Positions 48,782 through 59,035 of a stretch of DNA of 64,000 nucleotides are shown piece by piece (within the stretch, counting starts at the first letter, position 1; each line of letters opens with the position of its first letter). Below the pieces are notes generated by a model. That model had not been told where the DNA came from and searched no databases. It saw nothing but the letters and a program-made list of their open reading frames with translations. Both the position numbers and the translations under genes were made by a program. This DNA comes from Candidatus Poribacteria bacterium. GTDB taxonomy: Bacteria > Poribacteria > WGA-4E > WGA-3G. The DNA is taken from the NCBI GenBank assembly GCA_965214095.1, contig OZ243938.1, positions 2,560,001 to 2,624,000 on the forward strand, read 5' to 3'.

Positions 48782-51469
48782 ATGCTAAAATGGATATTAT
48801 ATACAGCGACGATCTTGTGTTTAGGAGTTGCTATCTTTAACGGTCACGCGAAAGAATTGACTATGGATGACATTTTTCCAACAGACCGAGTTTTAAATAT
48901 ACAGATTACTGTATCAGAACAGGATTGGAATAAGATTCGGTTTCAGACTCGACACTTTCATGAGGTGCTGAACGCTTCACGACAATTTAAACCGCCTGAT
49001 CACCCGTATACTTACGTTGAGGCGAGTGTGAGTATTGATGGTGTGGAATTTCCGAAAGTTGGAATCCGCAAGAAAGGGTTCATCGGTTCGCAAAATCATA
49101 ATCGTCCCTCACTGAAAATTAAGCTGAATCATATTGACAAAAAGGGTGGAATAGAAGGACTTAGGAACCTGACGTTGAACAACAACCAGCAGGATGCGGG
49201 TCAGGTTAGTCAGTTTATGGGATATGCGTTGTTTAATGCAAGCGGTTCCCCCGCACCCCGTTGTGCTTATGCACAGGTGACGGTGAATGGTGAAAACTTA
49301 GGGATATATTCCCACGTGGAGAGCATGCGGAACCCGTTACTCAAACGTGCATTCGGAAATGATAAAGGCACGGTCTATGAAGGAACGGTCGTTGATTTTT
49401 ACAAAGAGTGGGAGAATAGTTTTGAACATAAAAGAGGGAATGATGAGAGTGGTAGAGAAAAGATAAAAGCCTTGATTGATGTTCTGACAGCAGACGAAGT
49501 AAGTGAACAAGACATCGGCGAACATGTTGATTTGGATAGTTTTTATCGCTTTTGGGCAATAGAGGGGTTACTCGGTTTCTGGGATGGATATTCTGGAAAT
49601 AACAACAATTTTTTTGTCTACCTGAATCCGGAAACTGATAAATTTCACTTTCTACCGTGGGGAGCAGATTCACTGTTCACTAAATTTAGCATACTCGCGC
49701 ACCAGAGAAATCCAAACGCACCGATTTCGGTTAAGACACAAGGTTTGGTTGCCTATAAACTTTATCAACTTGAAGAAGGCAGAGAACGGTATGCGAATAC
49801 ATTGATGGATATACTTGAGAATCACTGGAATGAGGTTAAGCTGCTTGCAGAAACTGACAGAATTGAAGCAATGATTGAACCACACATGATACCGGCACAA
49901 CGTTTCTTTCGAGAAAAAGAGGAATGGGATGAAGGAGAAACAGTCTCTTTTTCTGATAAGTTAGATGAGACTCGCGAATTTATTCGAACGCGCAAGAGTG
50001 CAATATTATCTGAAATTTCTGGTGGTATGCCGATATGGAGAAGAAGACCAAATCCCCCAATCGTAATCGGACCTGACGGGTTTGATGGTAAATTTATGAA
50101 ACAGTTTATTGAATTACCTGAAGACAATTTGTGGGGTGCGGCGCGGACAGGTGACCTTGATGGCATCAAACGTTACTTATCTGAAGGAGCGGCTATCAAT
50201 GAACTTTCTCCAGAGACAAACATATCCGCACTATCATGGGCAACCATGATGGGTGAGAGTGAAGCTGTCAAATTGCTGATTGAACACGGGGCAGATCTTA
50301 ACGTAAGACAAGAGGATGGCGGAACACCTTTGCATATTGCTGTAACTTTAGGACGTGCAGAAATCGCTGAACTTCTTATCAAAAAAGGAGCAGATGTCAC
50401 CGCTAAAAACCGAGGTGGACAAACCCCGGCAAGCGGATTACATATCTCTTGGGGAATGCTTAAATTCATGATTGGAATGTTTGATATTAAGTTAGAACAG
50501 AAAGAAGTGGAAGCTGGTAGAGCTAAAATAGCAAAGTTGCTTAATGTTAAATCAGCATCACAACCGCAACGAACAGCAACCGATGTGTGGGATGCCGCGT
50601 TCATTGGTGACGTTGATATGGTTAAGAAAGCGGTAACCGATGGATTGGATGTCAATGCAAGAAATCCTGCCTCTGGCGATCCATTGTTATTTACAGCTTC
50701 GTTGATGGGACACACAGAGATAGTCGCTTTCCTGCTGGACAAGGAAGCTGACATTAATGCTCAAAACAGAGAGAGTAATACGTCGCTACATGCTGCAGCG
50801 TTCCTTGGTCGTGCTGAAACGGCAGAATTGCTTATTAAGCACGGTATAAATGTTCATGTCAGAAACATCCAAGGTGGGACTGCTATGGATAACGCCACAC
50901 TTGACTGGGAAACAACCCAAACTATCCTTAATATTATCCAAGTTATTGAGGTTAAAAAAGCAGAAGTCCTTGCGGGTAGAGCAAAAATAGTGCGACTTCT
51001 CTCAGGTAGAATGAAAGATGCTCCACAATCACACAACTTGTGGAAGGCATCAGCAACTGGTAATCTTGCAGCTATCAAAGATGCTTTGAAGAATGATTCG
51101 GATTTGAGTGAACTTGATCCACAATTCGGAATAGATCCATTAGGATGGGCAGCACTCAACGGACAAACGGAAGCAGCGAAATTGCTTCTTGAAAAGGGGG
51201 CGAATATCCATAATCGACATAAAGACGGTTCGACCGCGTTGCATGGTGCTGCGTTTCTTGGACACATTGAGACTGTGAAACTACTTATTGAGAAAGGAGC
51301 GGATATTAATGCCCGAAAACATGATGGTGCAACCCCTCTGGCTACTGCCCAAGTTGATTGGGGATTAACTCAGTTAGTGATTGGGTTGTTACAACTGAAA
51401 GTAGATGAAGCAAAGGTTAAAACAGGTAGAGTAGAGGTAGTGAAACTGCTTTCAAGTCAAGATAAATAA
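48782..51469 (+). CDS. Secreted CotH-like kinase domain plus ankyrin repeats
   Basis: VGIRKKG, LTLNN, WDGY, NNFFVY, FLPWGAD (CotH-like), followed by three ankyrin blocks. Confidence 0.85.
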   Translation: MLKWILYTATILCLGVAIFNGHAKELTMDDIFPTDRVLNIQITVSEQDWNKIRFQTRHFHEVLNASRQFKPPDHPYTYVEASVSIDGVEFPKVGIRKKGFIGSQNHNRPSLKIKLNHIDKKGGIEGLRNLTLNNNQQDAGQVSQFMGYALFNASGSPAPRCAYAQVTVNGENLGIYSHVESMRNPLLKRAFGNDKGTVYEGTVVDFYKEWENSFEHKRGNDESGREKIKALIDVLTADEVSEQDIGEHVDLDSFYRFWAIEGLLGFWDGYSGNNNNFFVYLNPETDKFHFLPWGADSLFTKFSILAHQRNPNAPISVKTQGLVAYKLYQLEEGRERYANTLMDILENHWNEVKLLAETDRIEAMIEPHMIPAQRFFREKEEWDEGETVSFSDKLDETREFIRTRKSAILSEISGGMPIWRRRPNPPIVIGPDGFDGKFMKQFIELPEDNLWGAARTGDLDGIKRYLSEGAAINELSPETNISALSWATMMGESEAVKLLIEHGADLNVRQEDGGTPLHIAVTLGRAEIAELLIKKGADVTAKNRGGQTPASGLHISWGMLKFMIGMFDIKLEQKEVEAGRAKIAKLLNVKSASQPQRTATDVWDAAFIGDVDMVKKAVTDGLDVNARNPASGDPLLFTASLMGHTEIVAFLLDKEADINAQNRESNTSLHAAAFLGRAETAELLIKHGINVHVRNIQGGTAMDNATLDWETTQTILNIIQVIEVKKAEVLAGRAKIVRLLSGRMKDAPQSHNLWKASATGNLAAIKDALKNDSDLSELDPQFGIDPLGWAALNGQTEAAKLLLEKGANIHNRHKDGSTALHGAAFLGHIETVKLLIEKGADINARKHDGATPLATAQVDWGLTQLVIGLLQLKVDEAKVKTGRVEVVKLLSSQDK

Positions 51470-51516
51470 AGCGATGCCATTTCCACCAATAACGATCTAT
51501 CTGAAGGAGGTATCTG

Positions 51517-52083
51517 ATGCTTAATTCGCAAACGAACCCAGAGCCTGTTCAAGAAATTCTACCGCACAGGACGATGACGATGGAAGAATTTCTTGAGAAC
51601 GATTTAGAGGGTTATGAGTATGTAAAAGGAAAATTAATACCGATGGCAGCTGCGGCAATTGTGCATGGTGAAATAGGTATCAATCTTATTATACCTTTAG
51701 GTATATATGTTCGTGAAAACAATTTAGGACGTTTGTATTCTCTTGAAACGACATTCCAATTAGGTGACCGTGTAGTGAAACCTGATATTGCATTTGTTTC
51801 AGTAGAACGGTTATCCGATGAAAAATTCAAAGGTTTCCCTGATGCTCCCGACCTTGCTATTGAGATAGTTTCTCCAACAGATAAACAGTATGATGTTACC
51901 GAAAAGGCATTAGTCTATCTGAAGGCCGGTACGCGACTTGTTTGGGTAATTGAACCGGTTATGAAAACGGTAATGGTATATCGTTCTGAAACGGATATTA
52001 CGTTGCTAAACTATGAAGATACTTTGACAGGTGAGGATGTCGTTGAAGGGTTCACGTGTCCTGTTGCGGAGCTTTTTGAATAG
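51517..52083 (+). CDS. Uma2-family (DUF820) endonuclease
   Basis: PDIAFV, APDLAIEIVSP, GTRLVWVI. Confidence 0.9.
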   Translation: MLNSQTNPEPVQEILPHRTMTMEEFLENDLEGYEYVKGKLIPMAAAAIVHGEIGINLIIPLGIYVRENNLGRLYSLETTFQLGDRVVKPDIAFVSVERLSDEKFKGFPDAPDLAIEIVSPTDKQYDVTEKALVYLKAGTRLVWVIEPVMKTVMVYRSETDITLLNYEDTLTGEDVVEGFTCPVAELFE

Positions 52084-52163
52084 ATTCTTGAAGAATATAA
52101 TGAAACCATGTTTATGCCGACATAAAATTGAAATTCACAAGGACTACACTAAAGGAACACTTT

Positions 52164-54131
52164 ATGGCAAAACTGATAAACTATACTGACATATTAGAAT
52201 CTGGTGATAGCGATATTTACGACATTCAGACGCACGCTGCTGGTCCAGAAGGCAGCTTACCTCTCACAGCAGAGATGCTCCTCAATCGTCCGAGTGGGGA
52301 TATTTTTGGTCTGAGCCACAATACAGCGATGGGGTGGGCTCCGACAGAACTGCGGCGAGAGGAGTTCCTAATTCTCAGCACACAAGGCGGTATCCGCGCA
52401 CCTGATGGTAGTCCTATTGCTCTTGGATATCATACTGGACATTGGGAAGTAGGTTTACTGATGCAGGCGGTCGCACACGAACTCAAAGCACTTGCTGCGA
52501 TTCCGTTTGCAGGCTACTGTTCCGATCCGTGTGATGGACGCACACAAGGCACTGTCGGTATGATGGACAGTCTCGCTTATCGCAACGATGCTGCACAGAT
52601 TTTCCGCAGACTTATCCGTTCTCTGCCAACAAGAAAAGGGGTTGTCGGTGTTGCGACTTGCGATAAGGGTATGCCAGCGATGATGATGGCACTCGCTTCA
52701 ATGCGTGAATTGCCTGCAGTGCTTGTACCGGGAGGCGTGACGTTGCCACCGACTACAGGTGAGGATGCGGGGAAAATTCAAACAATCGGTGCACGTTTTG
52801 CGCATGGTGAGATTAGTCTACAAGATGCAGCAGATATGGGATGCCGTGCTTGTGCAACTCCTGGTGGTGGATGTCAATTTTTGGGGACAGCGGCGACTTC
52901 ACAGGTTGTTGGTGAAGCACTTGGAATGAGTTTGACACATACAGCCTTGTCACCTTCGGGACAAAACGTCTGGTCAGATATGGGATTGCGTTCTGCGCGG
53001 GCAGTGGTAAATTTAGCTGCGAAAGGTTTGACGATGAAGGATATCGTTACACCGAAATCGATTCGCAACGCGATGGTAGTGCATGCAGCATTTGGTGGGT
53101 CAACAAATCTTTTATTACATATTCCCGCAATTGCACACGCAGCAGGACTTGAACGTCCCACAGTAGACGACTGGACTAAGGTTAACCAACAAGTTCCACG
53201 TCTTGTTGATGTACTGCCGAATGGACCGGTAGGACATCCTACAATACGTGTTTTCCTTGCTGGCGGTGTGCCTGAAGTGATGCTGCATCTACGTAACTTG
53301 GGTGGATTACTCAACGAAGATGTGATGACTGCCACAGGTGAACCTTTGGGCAGAAACCTTGATTGGTGGGAGAAATCAGAACGACGGCAGCGCGTTCGCG
53401 AATTGCTGGAAGAACGTGATAACGTTCCGCCTGATGAAGTCATTTTGAGTCCCAATGCTGCAAAATCAGCAGGATTGACAAGTACTGTTACATTTCCGCG
53501 CGGTAACCTTGCACCGGAAGGTTCCGTCATCAAAAGCACTGCAATTGATCCAAGCGTTGTTGATGAGGATGGTATGTATCGCATGACAGGTCCGGCACGT
53601 GTTTTCGTTCGAGAATCTGATGCAATACAGGCACTCAAAGGTCAAGGAGAAATAGAGATGAAACCTGGAGACATTATGGTGTTGTGTTGCCGTGGTCCAC
53701 AAGGAACTGGTATGGAAGAAGTCTATCAAGTTACATCAGCTCTTAAACACCTCTCGTTTGGAAAACATATTGCTTTGATTACGGACGCAAGGTTTTCTGG
53801 TGTGTCAACTGGTGCGTGTATCGGACATGTTGGTCCGGAAGCACTTGCAGATGGTCCGATTGGAAAAGTGCTTGATGGTGATATCGTTCAAATTGAGATA
53901 GATACACGACAATTGGTAGGGAGTATTGATTTAGTAGGGCATGGTAGTGAACACTTCGGTGCTGCGGAAGGTGAACACGTGTTAGCAGAAAGGCAACCGC
54001 GCTCCGATTTGTCTCCAGATGAAGCACTACCAGACGATACGCGCTTGTGGGCAGCGTTACAATCTGTCGGTGGTGGCACCTGGGGTGGGTGTGTCTACGA
54101 CGTGGATGCGATTCTCAATGCGTTATCTTAG
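52164..54131 (+). CDS. YjhG/YagF-family D-xylonate dehydratase (IlvD/Edd family)
   Basis: [39 protein letters not shown]. Likely start MAKLINY. Confidence 0.88.
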   Translation: MAKLINYTDILESGDSDIYDIQTHAAGPEGSLPLTAEMLLNRPSGDIFGLSHNTAMGWAPTELRREEFLILSTQGGIRAPDGSPIALGYHTGHWEVGLLMQAVAHELKALAAIPFAGYCSDPCDGRTQGTVGMMDSLAYRNDAAQIFRRLIRSLPTRKGVVGVATCDKGMPAMMMALASMRELPAVLVPGGVTLPPTTGEDAGKIQTIGARFAHGEISLQDAADMGCRACATPGGGCQFLGTAATSQVVGEALGMSLTHTALSPSGQNVWSDMGLRSARAVVNLAAKGLTMKDIVTPKSIRNAMVVHAAFGGSTNLLLHIPAIAHAAGLERPTVDDWTKVNQQVPRLVDVLPNGPVGHPTIRVFLAGGVPEVMLHLRNLGGLLNEDVMTATGEPLGRNLDWWEKSERRQRVRELLEERDNVPPDEVILSPNAAKSAGLTSTVTFPRGNLAPEGSVIKSTAIDPSVVDEDGMYRMTGPARVFVRESDAIQALKGQGEIEMKPGDIMVLCCRGPQGTGMEEVYQVTSALKHLSFGKHIALITDARFSGVSTGACIGHVGPEALADGPIGKVLDGDIVQIEIDTRQLVGSIDLVGHGSEHFGAAEGEHVLAERQPRSDLSPDEALPDDTRLWAALQSVGGGTWGGCVYDVDAILNALS

Positions 54132-54516
54132 ATATTGGGTGCCACCAGTACTCTACATGGCACTAATTTTTGCTGTCTCATCCATGGAACAACCACCTCT
54201 CCCTACACCGGAATTTGAGAGTTTGTCAATTGACAAACTCTACCATTTCATAGAATTCTGCATCCTCAGCGTGTTGCTAACGATTGCATTAGTGAATGTT
54301 CCACCGAAATGGCTACCAGAAAATTGGATATGGATTACCGCTGCACTTATATCAATTCTTTATGGGGCAAGCGATGAATGGCATCAAACCTTTGTCCCCG
54401 GCAGATTTGCTACATTTTCAGATTTTGTTTCTGATGCAATCGGTGCGATTGTTGGAGTACTAGGAGTTTATCTCTATTATAGAAAGAAGAACAAGAAGAG
54501 GAGTTACTTTCCGTAA
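54118..54516 (+). CDS. VanZ-family membrane protein
   Basis: [31 protein letters not shown]. Confidence 0.88.
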   Translation: MRYLRYWVPPVLYMALIFAVSSMEQPPLPTPEFESLSIDKLYHFIEFCILSVLLTIALVNVPPKWLPENWIWITAALISILYGASDEWHQTFVPGRFATFSDFVSDAIGAIVGVLGVYLYYRKKNKKRSYFP

Positions 54517-54520
54517 GTCG

Positions 54521-55312
54521 TTACTGCACACAACGGAAACCGTAGTCATAGATTGTGTTTCTGGGAGAAAGTAGAAAACGATGCGCGACGCAGATGCCTT
54601 GTGGTGAAGCACTCCAACCACCACCACGCAACACGCGCTCAGTCTTAATATCCAGGAAATTGTTTATTATATATGCTGGTTCATTCGTACCTGAGCGTGG
54701 ATTCTTGCGAGGTGAGGCAAAGTAGAAGTCATCATCACAAAGATCTAGACACCACTCCCAAACATTCCCAGACATGTCGTACAAACCATACTCGTTCACG
54801 GGATAATTACCTACTGCTGTCGTATTTCCAACGTTTCTACCATAGTTCGCTTTTGCATCAGAAAGCACATCTCCCCACGGGTACTTTTTCCCTGATAAAC
54901 CTCCGCGCGCAGCATATTCCCATTCTGCTTCCGTAGGCAAACGCTTTCCTACCCACATAGCATAAGCCATCGCACTATACCAACTCACCCAAGTAACAGG
55001 ATGGTTCGCCTGTTCTGCTGGATAGTTGTTACCATGCCAGTTCAACAAGTAGTCACCATCGTGAAACTCGTCCTGAATCTGATCTTTCTGCCAACTCGGA
55101 TTTTCAATCAGAAATTGCTGATATTCAAGATTCGTCACAGCATGCATGTCCATATAGAACGTATTCACATGCACCGTATGCACAAGCTGTTCGAAAAAAG
55201 ACGCAGTCTCTTTGCTTCCCATTTCAAACTTGCCAGCAGGTATCAACACCATGTTTTCAAGAGAGGTGGATGCTGTCTTGACACAAAGCTCATCTTTTTC
55301 AGGTGAATACAT
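54521..55312 (-). CDS. Formylglycine-generating enzyme (SUMF1) domain protein
   Basis: F.MGS, HPVTWVSW, RLPTEAEWEYAARGG, NEYGLYDMSGNVWEW, GFRC. Confidence 0.92.
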   Translation of the reverse strand: MYSPEKDELCVKTASTSLENMVLIPAGKFEMGSKETASFFEQLVHTVHVNTFYMDMHAVTNLEYQQFLIENPSWQKDQIQDEFHDGDYLLNWHGNNYPAEQANHPVTWVSWYSAMAYAMWVGKRLPTEAEWEYAARGGLSGKKYPWGDVLSDAKANYGRNVGNTTAVGNYPVNEYGLYDMSGNVWEWCLDLCDDDFYFASPRKNPRSGTNEPAYIINNFLDIKTERVLRGGGWSASPQGICVAHRFLLSPRNTIYDYGFRCVQ

Positions 55313-55564
55313 GAAACAATCCTCCTATGTGATTTTTGTTCCTTTAGAAAAAGTAAGTGATCGGATTTAACAGCATGCATGGTACTCGCGAATTGTTATC
55401 ATAGAAAAATAACGAAGTTTTGTCAACACTTTTAGTCGAAAGCGGAGAGGCTTTTATAAATTTCATGCCTGTAATGAATTTCAGGGGTGTGTAAAGTTTT
55501 TGGTACTACAATGGTTACTGGGATATTATGCCAAGAACTTTATACATCCAATTTCAGAAACAAT

Positions 55565-55593
55565 TTGACAAAATTTTACTTTTTTTTTACACT
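55565..55593 (+). promoter_or_regulatory. Sigma70 promoter ~350 nt upstream of the next CDS
   Basis: TTGACA-17 bp-TACACT. Confidence 0.6.
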
Positions 55594-55939
55594 GTTAAAA
55601 CATATCTTGTTGTTGCTACCAAAACATACATGAATAACAAGAATTCCGACGGAAACCACCTGAATGTAATAGGACTCTTGCTCTTTTTCGCAGCGCGCCA
55701 CATCCACATCACCTTAGGCAAGAAAAGATACTTATATGAAGGAGTTGGCTGCCACCTTGGTAAAGGTGGCATAACAGGCAGAATTACATACTCTTCAGGC
55801 AGTACACGTCTTGCAGCCACTAATGTCAATGGAAATCCTTACCTCTTATTACATTTTTCTAACTCAGTTACCAAAACGGAAGGTTGCCCCTTAAATCGTT
55901 ACTGAACCTTCCTTAACCGCTTACATTACAGGAATTAAT

Positions 55940-56734
55940 ATGCATCCACTTGTTGACTTGAATGTACCAGATGGTTCTATTGCTATCCACTGGTTTGAAC
56001 AGAGTAGTTTCGCTTTGAAAGATTCTGCGGGTACTATTATCCAAATTGACCCTTATTTTCCTAAGAATCGTCCGCCTGATCGCTTTATTCATAGTGACCC
56101 ACCACTTGATGAGTCGGAACTTCCGACAGATTTTGTGTTGTTAACACACGCACACGGTGATCATACGTGTCCAGAATCCATCCGTAGAATTTGGGACACT
56201 TCTACTGCTACGCGATTTATCGGGCCTGAAGAGAGCGTCCGTCAGATTTTGTCAGATACAGATGTTGAAGCTGATAATATATCTGAGATTAGTGCGGGTG
56301 AACCAGCAGTACTAAACAATCTCACTGTCCATGCCGTCTATGCCAAACCACCTAATGGCGATCCATCTGCTGACATAAATCCGCCAGATGTTACACATTT
56401 GGGATATGTCATCGCAAGTGATGGTGTGACGCTTTATTTTAGTGGTGATCCAATCAATAACTTTGCGGAACATGATGAACTAATCTCAGCAGTGGCAGCA
56501 CATGAACCGGATATCGGTTTTCTGACAAACCATCCGACCGAAGGTGAATTCCCATTTTACGATGGATGTGTCAAAATGGCGACCCGTATTGGATTGAAGC
56601 ATGCAGTGCCTGTGCATCGTGCTTGTTTCGTCACTCGTGATTATGACCCGAATGAGTGGGCAGCACAGTTTCCGACAGGTGGTCCTGAACCACTTATCAT
56701 TGAAAGAAATTCACATACTATTTATTCAAAATAA
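55940..56734 (+). CDS. Metallo-beta-lactamase-fold hydrolase (UlaG-like)
   Basis: IDPY, THAHGDH, YFSGD, PVH. Confidence 0.88.
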   Translation: MHPLVDLNVPDGSIAIHWFEQSSFALKDSAGTIIQIDPYFPKNRPPDRFIHSDPPLDESELPTDFVLLTHAHGDHTCPESIRRIWDTSTATRFIGPEESVRQILSDTDVEADNISEISAGEPAVLNNLTVHAVYAKPPNGDPSADINPPDVTHLGYVIASDGVTLYFSGDPINNFAEHDELISAVAAHEPDIGFLTNHPTEGEFPFYDGCVKMATRIGLKHAVPVHRACFVTRDYDPNEWAAQFPTGGPEPLIIERNSHTIYSK

Positions 56735-56803
56735 GATAACTTAAGGTATTCATTTTATTTTCACTATCAGATAACTAACACTATATTGAGGTACAGAATA
56801 GAT

Positions 56804-57331
56804 ATGTCACTTAATGAACAAAAAACACCCCTTGTCGGTATTGTGATGGGGAGTGATTCAGATTTAGAAAAGATGGCAGAAGCCGCGAAGGTTTTAGAGG
56901 ATTTTGAAGTGCCGTTTGAGATAACCATCTCTTCAGCACACCGTTCACCTGAAAGAACGTTGGCATGGACAGAAAAGATTAAAGCAGAAGGTGGTCAGGT
57001 AATTATCGCCGGAGCTGGCCGTGCCGCGCATTTAGCAGGCGTTATCGCAGCACATACTACATTACCAGTTGTCGGTGTGCCGGTTGATGGTGGTCCGCTC
57101 AACGGTCTTGATGCTTTATATGCGACGGTGCAAATGCCTCCCGGTATACCTGTTGGTACGATGGCAATTGGATCAGGTGGTGCCCGGAACGCGGGGATAT
57201 TTGCAGTACAGATTTTAGCCCTTCAATATCCCGAATTGGAAGAGAAGCTGCAAGCCTACAAAACGAAAATGAGTGACGGCGTTGCAGAAAAAGCTGCACG
57301 TCTACAAGAGGTAGGTTATCAGAATTATTAG
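56804..57331 (+). CDS. purE: N5-CAIR mutase
   Basis: [31 protein letters not shown]. Confidence 0.96.
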   Translation: MSLNEQKTPLVGIVMGSDSDLEKMAEAAKVLEDFEVPFEITISSAHRSPERTLAWTEKIKAEGGQVIIAGAGRAAHLAGVIAAHTTLPVVGVPVDGGPLNGLDALYATVQMPPGIPVGTMAIGSGGARNAGIFAVQILALQYPELEEKLQAYKTKMSDGVAEKAARLQEVGYQNY

Positions 57332-57357
57332 AGCGTATCTCATAAATCTTATGTATG

Positions 57358-57410
57358 TCAGGGTCTCGTGTACTGCCAAGTCTAATAAAGACGAGGTACA
57401 GAGACCCTGT
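57358..57410 (+). terminator. Stem-loop after purE
   Basis: CAGGGTCTC.TGTAC...GTACAGAGACCCTG; weak U-tract. Confidence 0.4.
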
Positions 57411-57442
57411 CTTCCAATGAAGTTGGATTAAGGAAAACCTCT

Positions 57443-58126
57443 ATGGAACACGAAGAAAATCAAGAGTGGGAAAACGACACAGAACTCTTTGATATGATGG
57501 AAGAGCAGTTATATGCTGCTGTGATTTCGGATGCACTTGATGCCGCAGGTTTTCGTGAGCAGGCACTGAAACACACTATCCGTCCACTGCTACCAGAGAC
57601 AGTTGTTGTCGGACGTGCAATGCCAGTGTTATGTCTTGAAGTCTATGAGATTCCCAAAGAACCTTATCAACAGGAAATTGCGGCAGTGGACAGTCTAAAA
57701 CAGGACGATGTTCTCATCTGTTCAACAAATGAGAGCACCCGCATCTGTTTTTGGGGTGAACTTCTGTCAACAGCAGCACACGCACGTGGGGCACGAGGTG
57801 CTGTCATTGATGGTTTTATACGCGATGTCCGCAAGATTATGGGTATGCGGTTTCCTATATTTACAACTGGAATATCACCAATTGACTCTAACGGGCGCGG
57901 AGAAGTGGTGGCATACAATGTTCCGATAGAATGTAGTGGTGTTACAGTAAATCCTGGTGATATTGTGTTCGGAGATGCTGATGGTGTTGTCGTTATTCCA
58001 CAGAACGTTGAAAAAGCAGTAGTTGAAGCTGCGTTGGAAAAAGTGCGTGGTGAAAACCGAACCCGTGATGCACTCCGAGAAGGTGCAATGCTTCGGGAAG
58101 TTTACGATAAATATGGGATTCTATAA
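57443..58126 (+). CDS. RraA/HMG-aldolase family protein
   Basis: ISDALD, WGELL, GAVIDG..RD, PGDIVFGDADGVVVIP. Confidence 0.9.
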   Translation: MEHEENQEWENDTELFDMMEEQLYAAVISDALDAAGFREQALKHTIRPLLPETVVVGRAMPVLCLEVYEIPKEPYQQEIAAVDSLKQDDVLICSTNESTRICFWGELLSTAAHARGARGAVIDGFIRDVRKIMGMRFPIFTTGISPIDSNGRGEVVAYNVPIECSGVTVNPGDIVFGDADGVVVIPQNVEKAVVEAALEKVRGENRTRDALREGAMLREVYDKYGIL

Positions 58127-58166
58127 GCGCGTACATACTGCGCATAGGACTGTGAAGGAGTAATTA

Positions 58167-58496
58167 ATGATTTACGAATTGCGAACATATCAAGTAGTAC
58201 CAGGAAAGATGAAGAATCTGAATGACCGATTTGCAAATATCACATTGCCATTGTTTGAAAAATATAATATGAAGGTCATCGGTTTTTGGGAAACAGCTAT
58301 CGGCGAAGCAACGACAACGGAATTGGTCTACCTACTTGCTTTTGAAGACTTGGGACACTATCAGCAGGCATGGGATTCGTTCATTTCCGATCCTGAATGG
58401 CAAGCAGCAAAACGGTTGACAGAAGTCGGTGGTCCGTTGGTCAATATTGTGAGTAACAAGATACTTGAACCGACAGATTACTCACCGTTGCAATAA
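58167..58496 (+). CDS. NIPSNAP-family protein
   Basis: IYELRTY..PGK ... L.PTDYSPLQ. Confidence 0.92.
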   Translation: MIYELRTYQVVPGKMKNLNDRFANITLPLFEKYNMKVIGFWETAIGEATTTELVYLLAFEDLGHYQQAWDSFISDPEWQAAKRLTEVGGPLVNIVSNKILEPTDYSPLQ

Positions 58497-58648
58497 AAGA
58501 ACCCACACACTTGCCGATCTTTCAATCAAGAATACAATTGTATTCCATATAACCTCTCTACATACATACTCATACATATATGTCCTATTTTTATTCGTTA
58601 AATCAAATCCCAAGTTTATAGTATACTTAGCGGCAAATTTCTGTTATA

Positions 58649-58747
58649 TAGTGAATTATAAATATAAGTTGACACTTTTGTCCCACGGTAGGCGAGGTTT
58701 CCTAACCTCGCCGATGCAGAGTGTTCAAGTAATTTCAAAATCTACTA
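58649..58747 (+). mobile_element. MITE family B copy
   Basis: 99 bp, nearly identical to 37900-37997, TA flanks. Confidence 0.85.
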
Positions 58748-58911
58748 TAAATACAGAAATTTGGTTAGATATTTGTGCTAAAAGTTAGACATTTTATCCA
58801 ACAAAAGTTGGCTAAAGAAGTTTGTTACGCAGTTTATCTTTTTAATATAGATCTCAAGGTATTTAAACGAAAAAAAGTTAAGAATCCTAATTAAAATTAC
58901 CTTAATTTAAC

Positions 58912-58941
58912 TTGATAATTTAATCTGAAAAATGCTATAAT
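58912..58941 (+). promoter_or_regulatory. Probable dnaA promoter
   Basis: TTGATA-18 bp-TATAAT with extended -10 (TGcTATAAT). Confidence 0.6.
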
Positions 58942-59035
58942 TCACGTCCACATCATTAATACTTTTTGGTGACAATTTAAGCATATTTATAACACAACTC
59001 GGGCAATTAACACCCTCAATATTTAGGAACATCCC

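Noticed and set aside
55528-55905. 125-aa plus-strand and 80-aa minus-strand ORFs as genes
   Set aside because: No recognisable domain and odd composition. The minus ORF has an AAGGA/TTG start and cannot be fully excluded, so it is left uncalled.
58794-58802. TTATCCAAC as a canonical DnaA box (also near 62538)
   Set aside because: Two mismatches, isolated and unclustered; expected by chance in AT-rich DNA.
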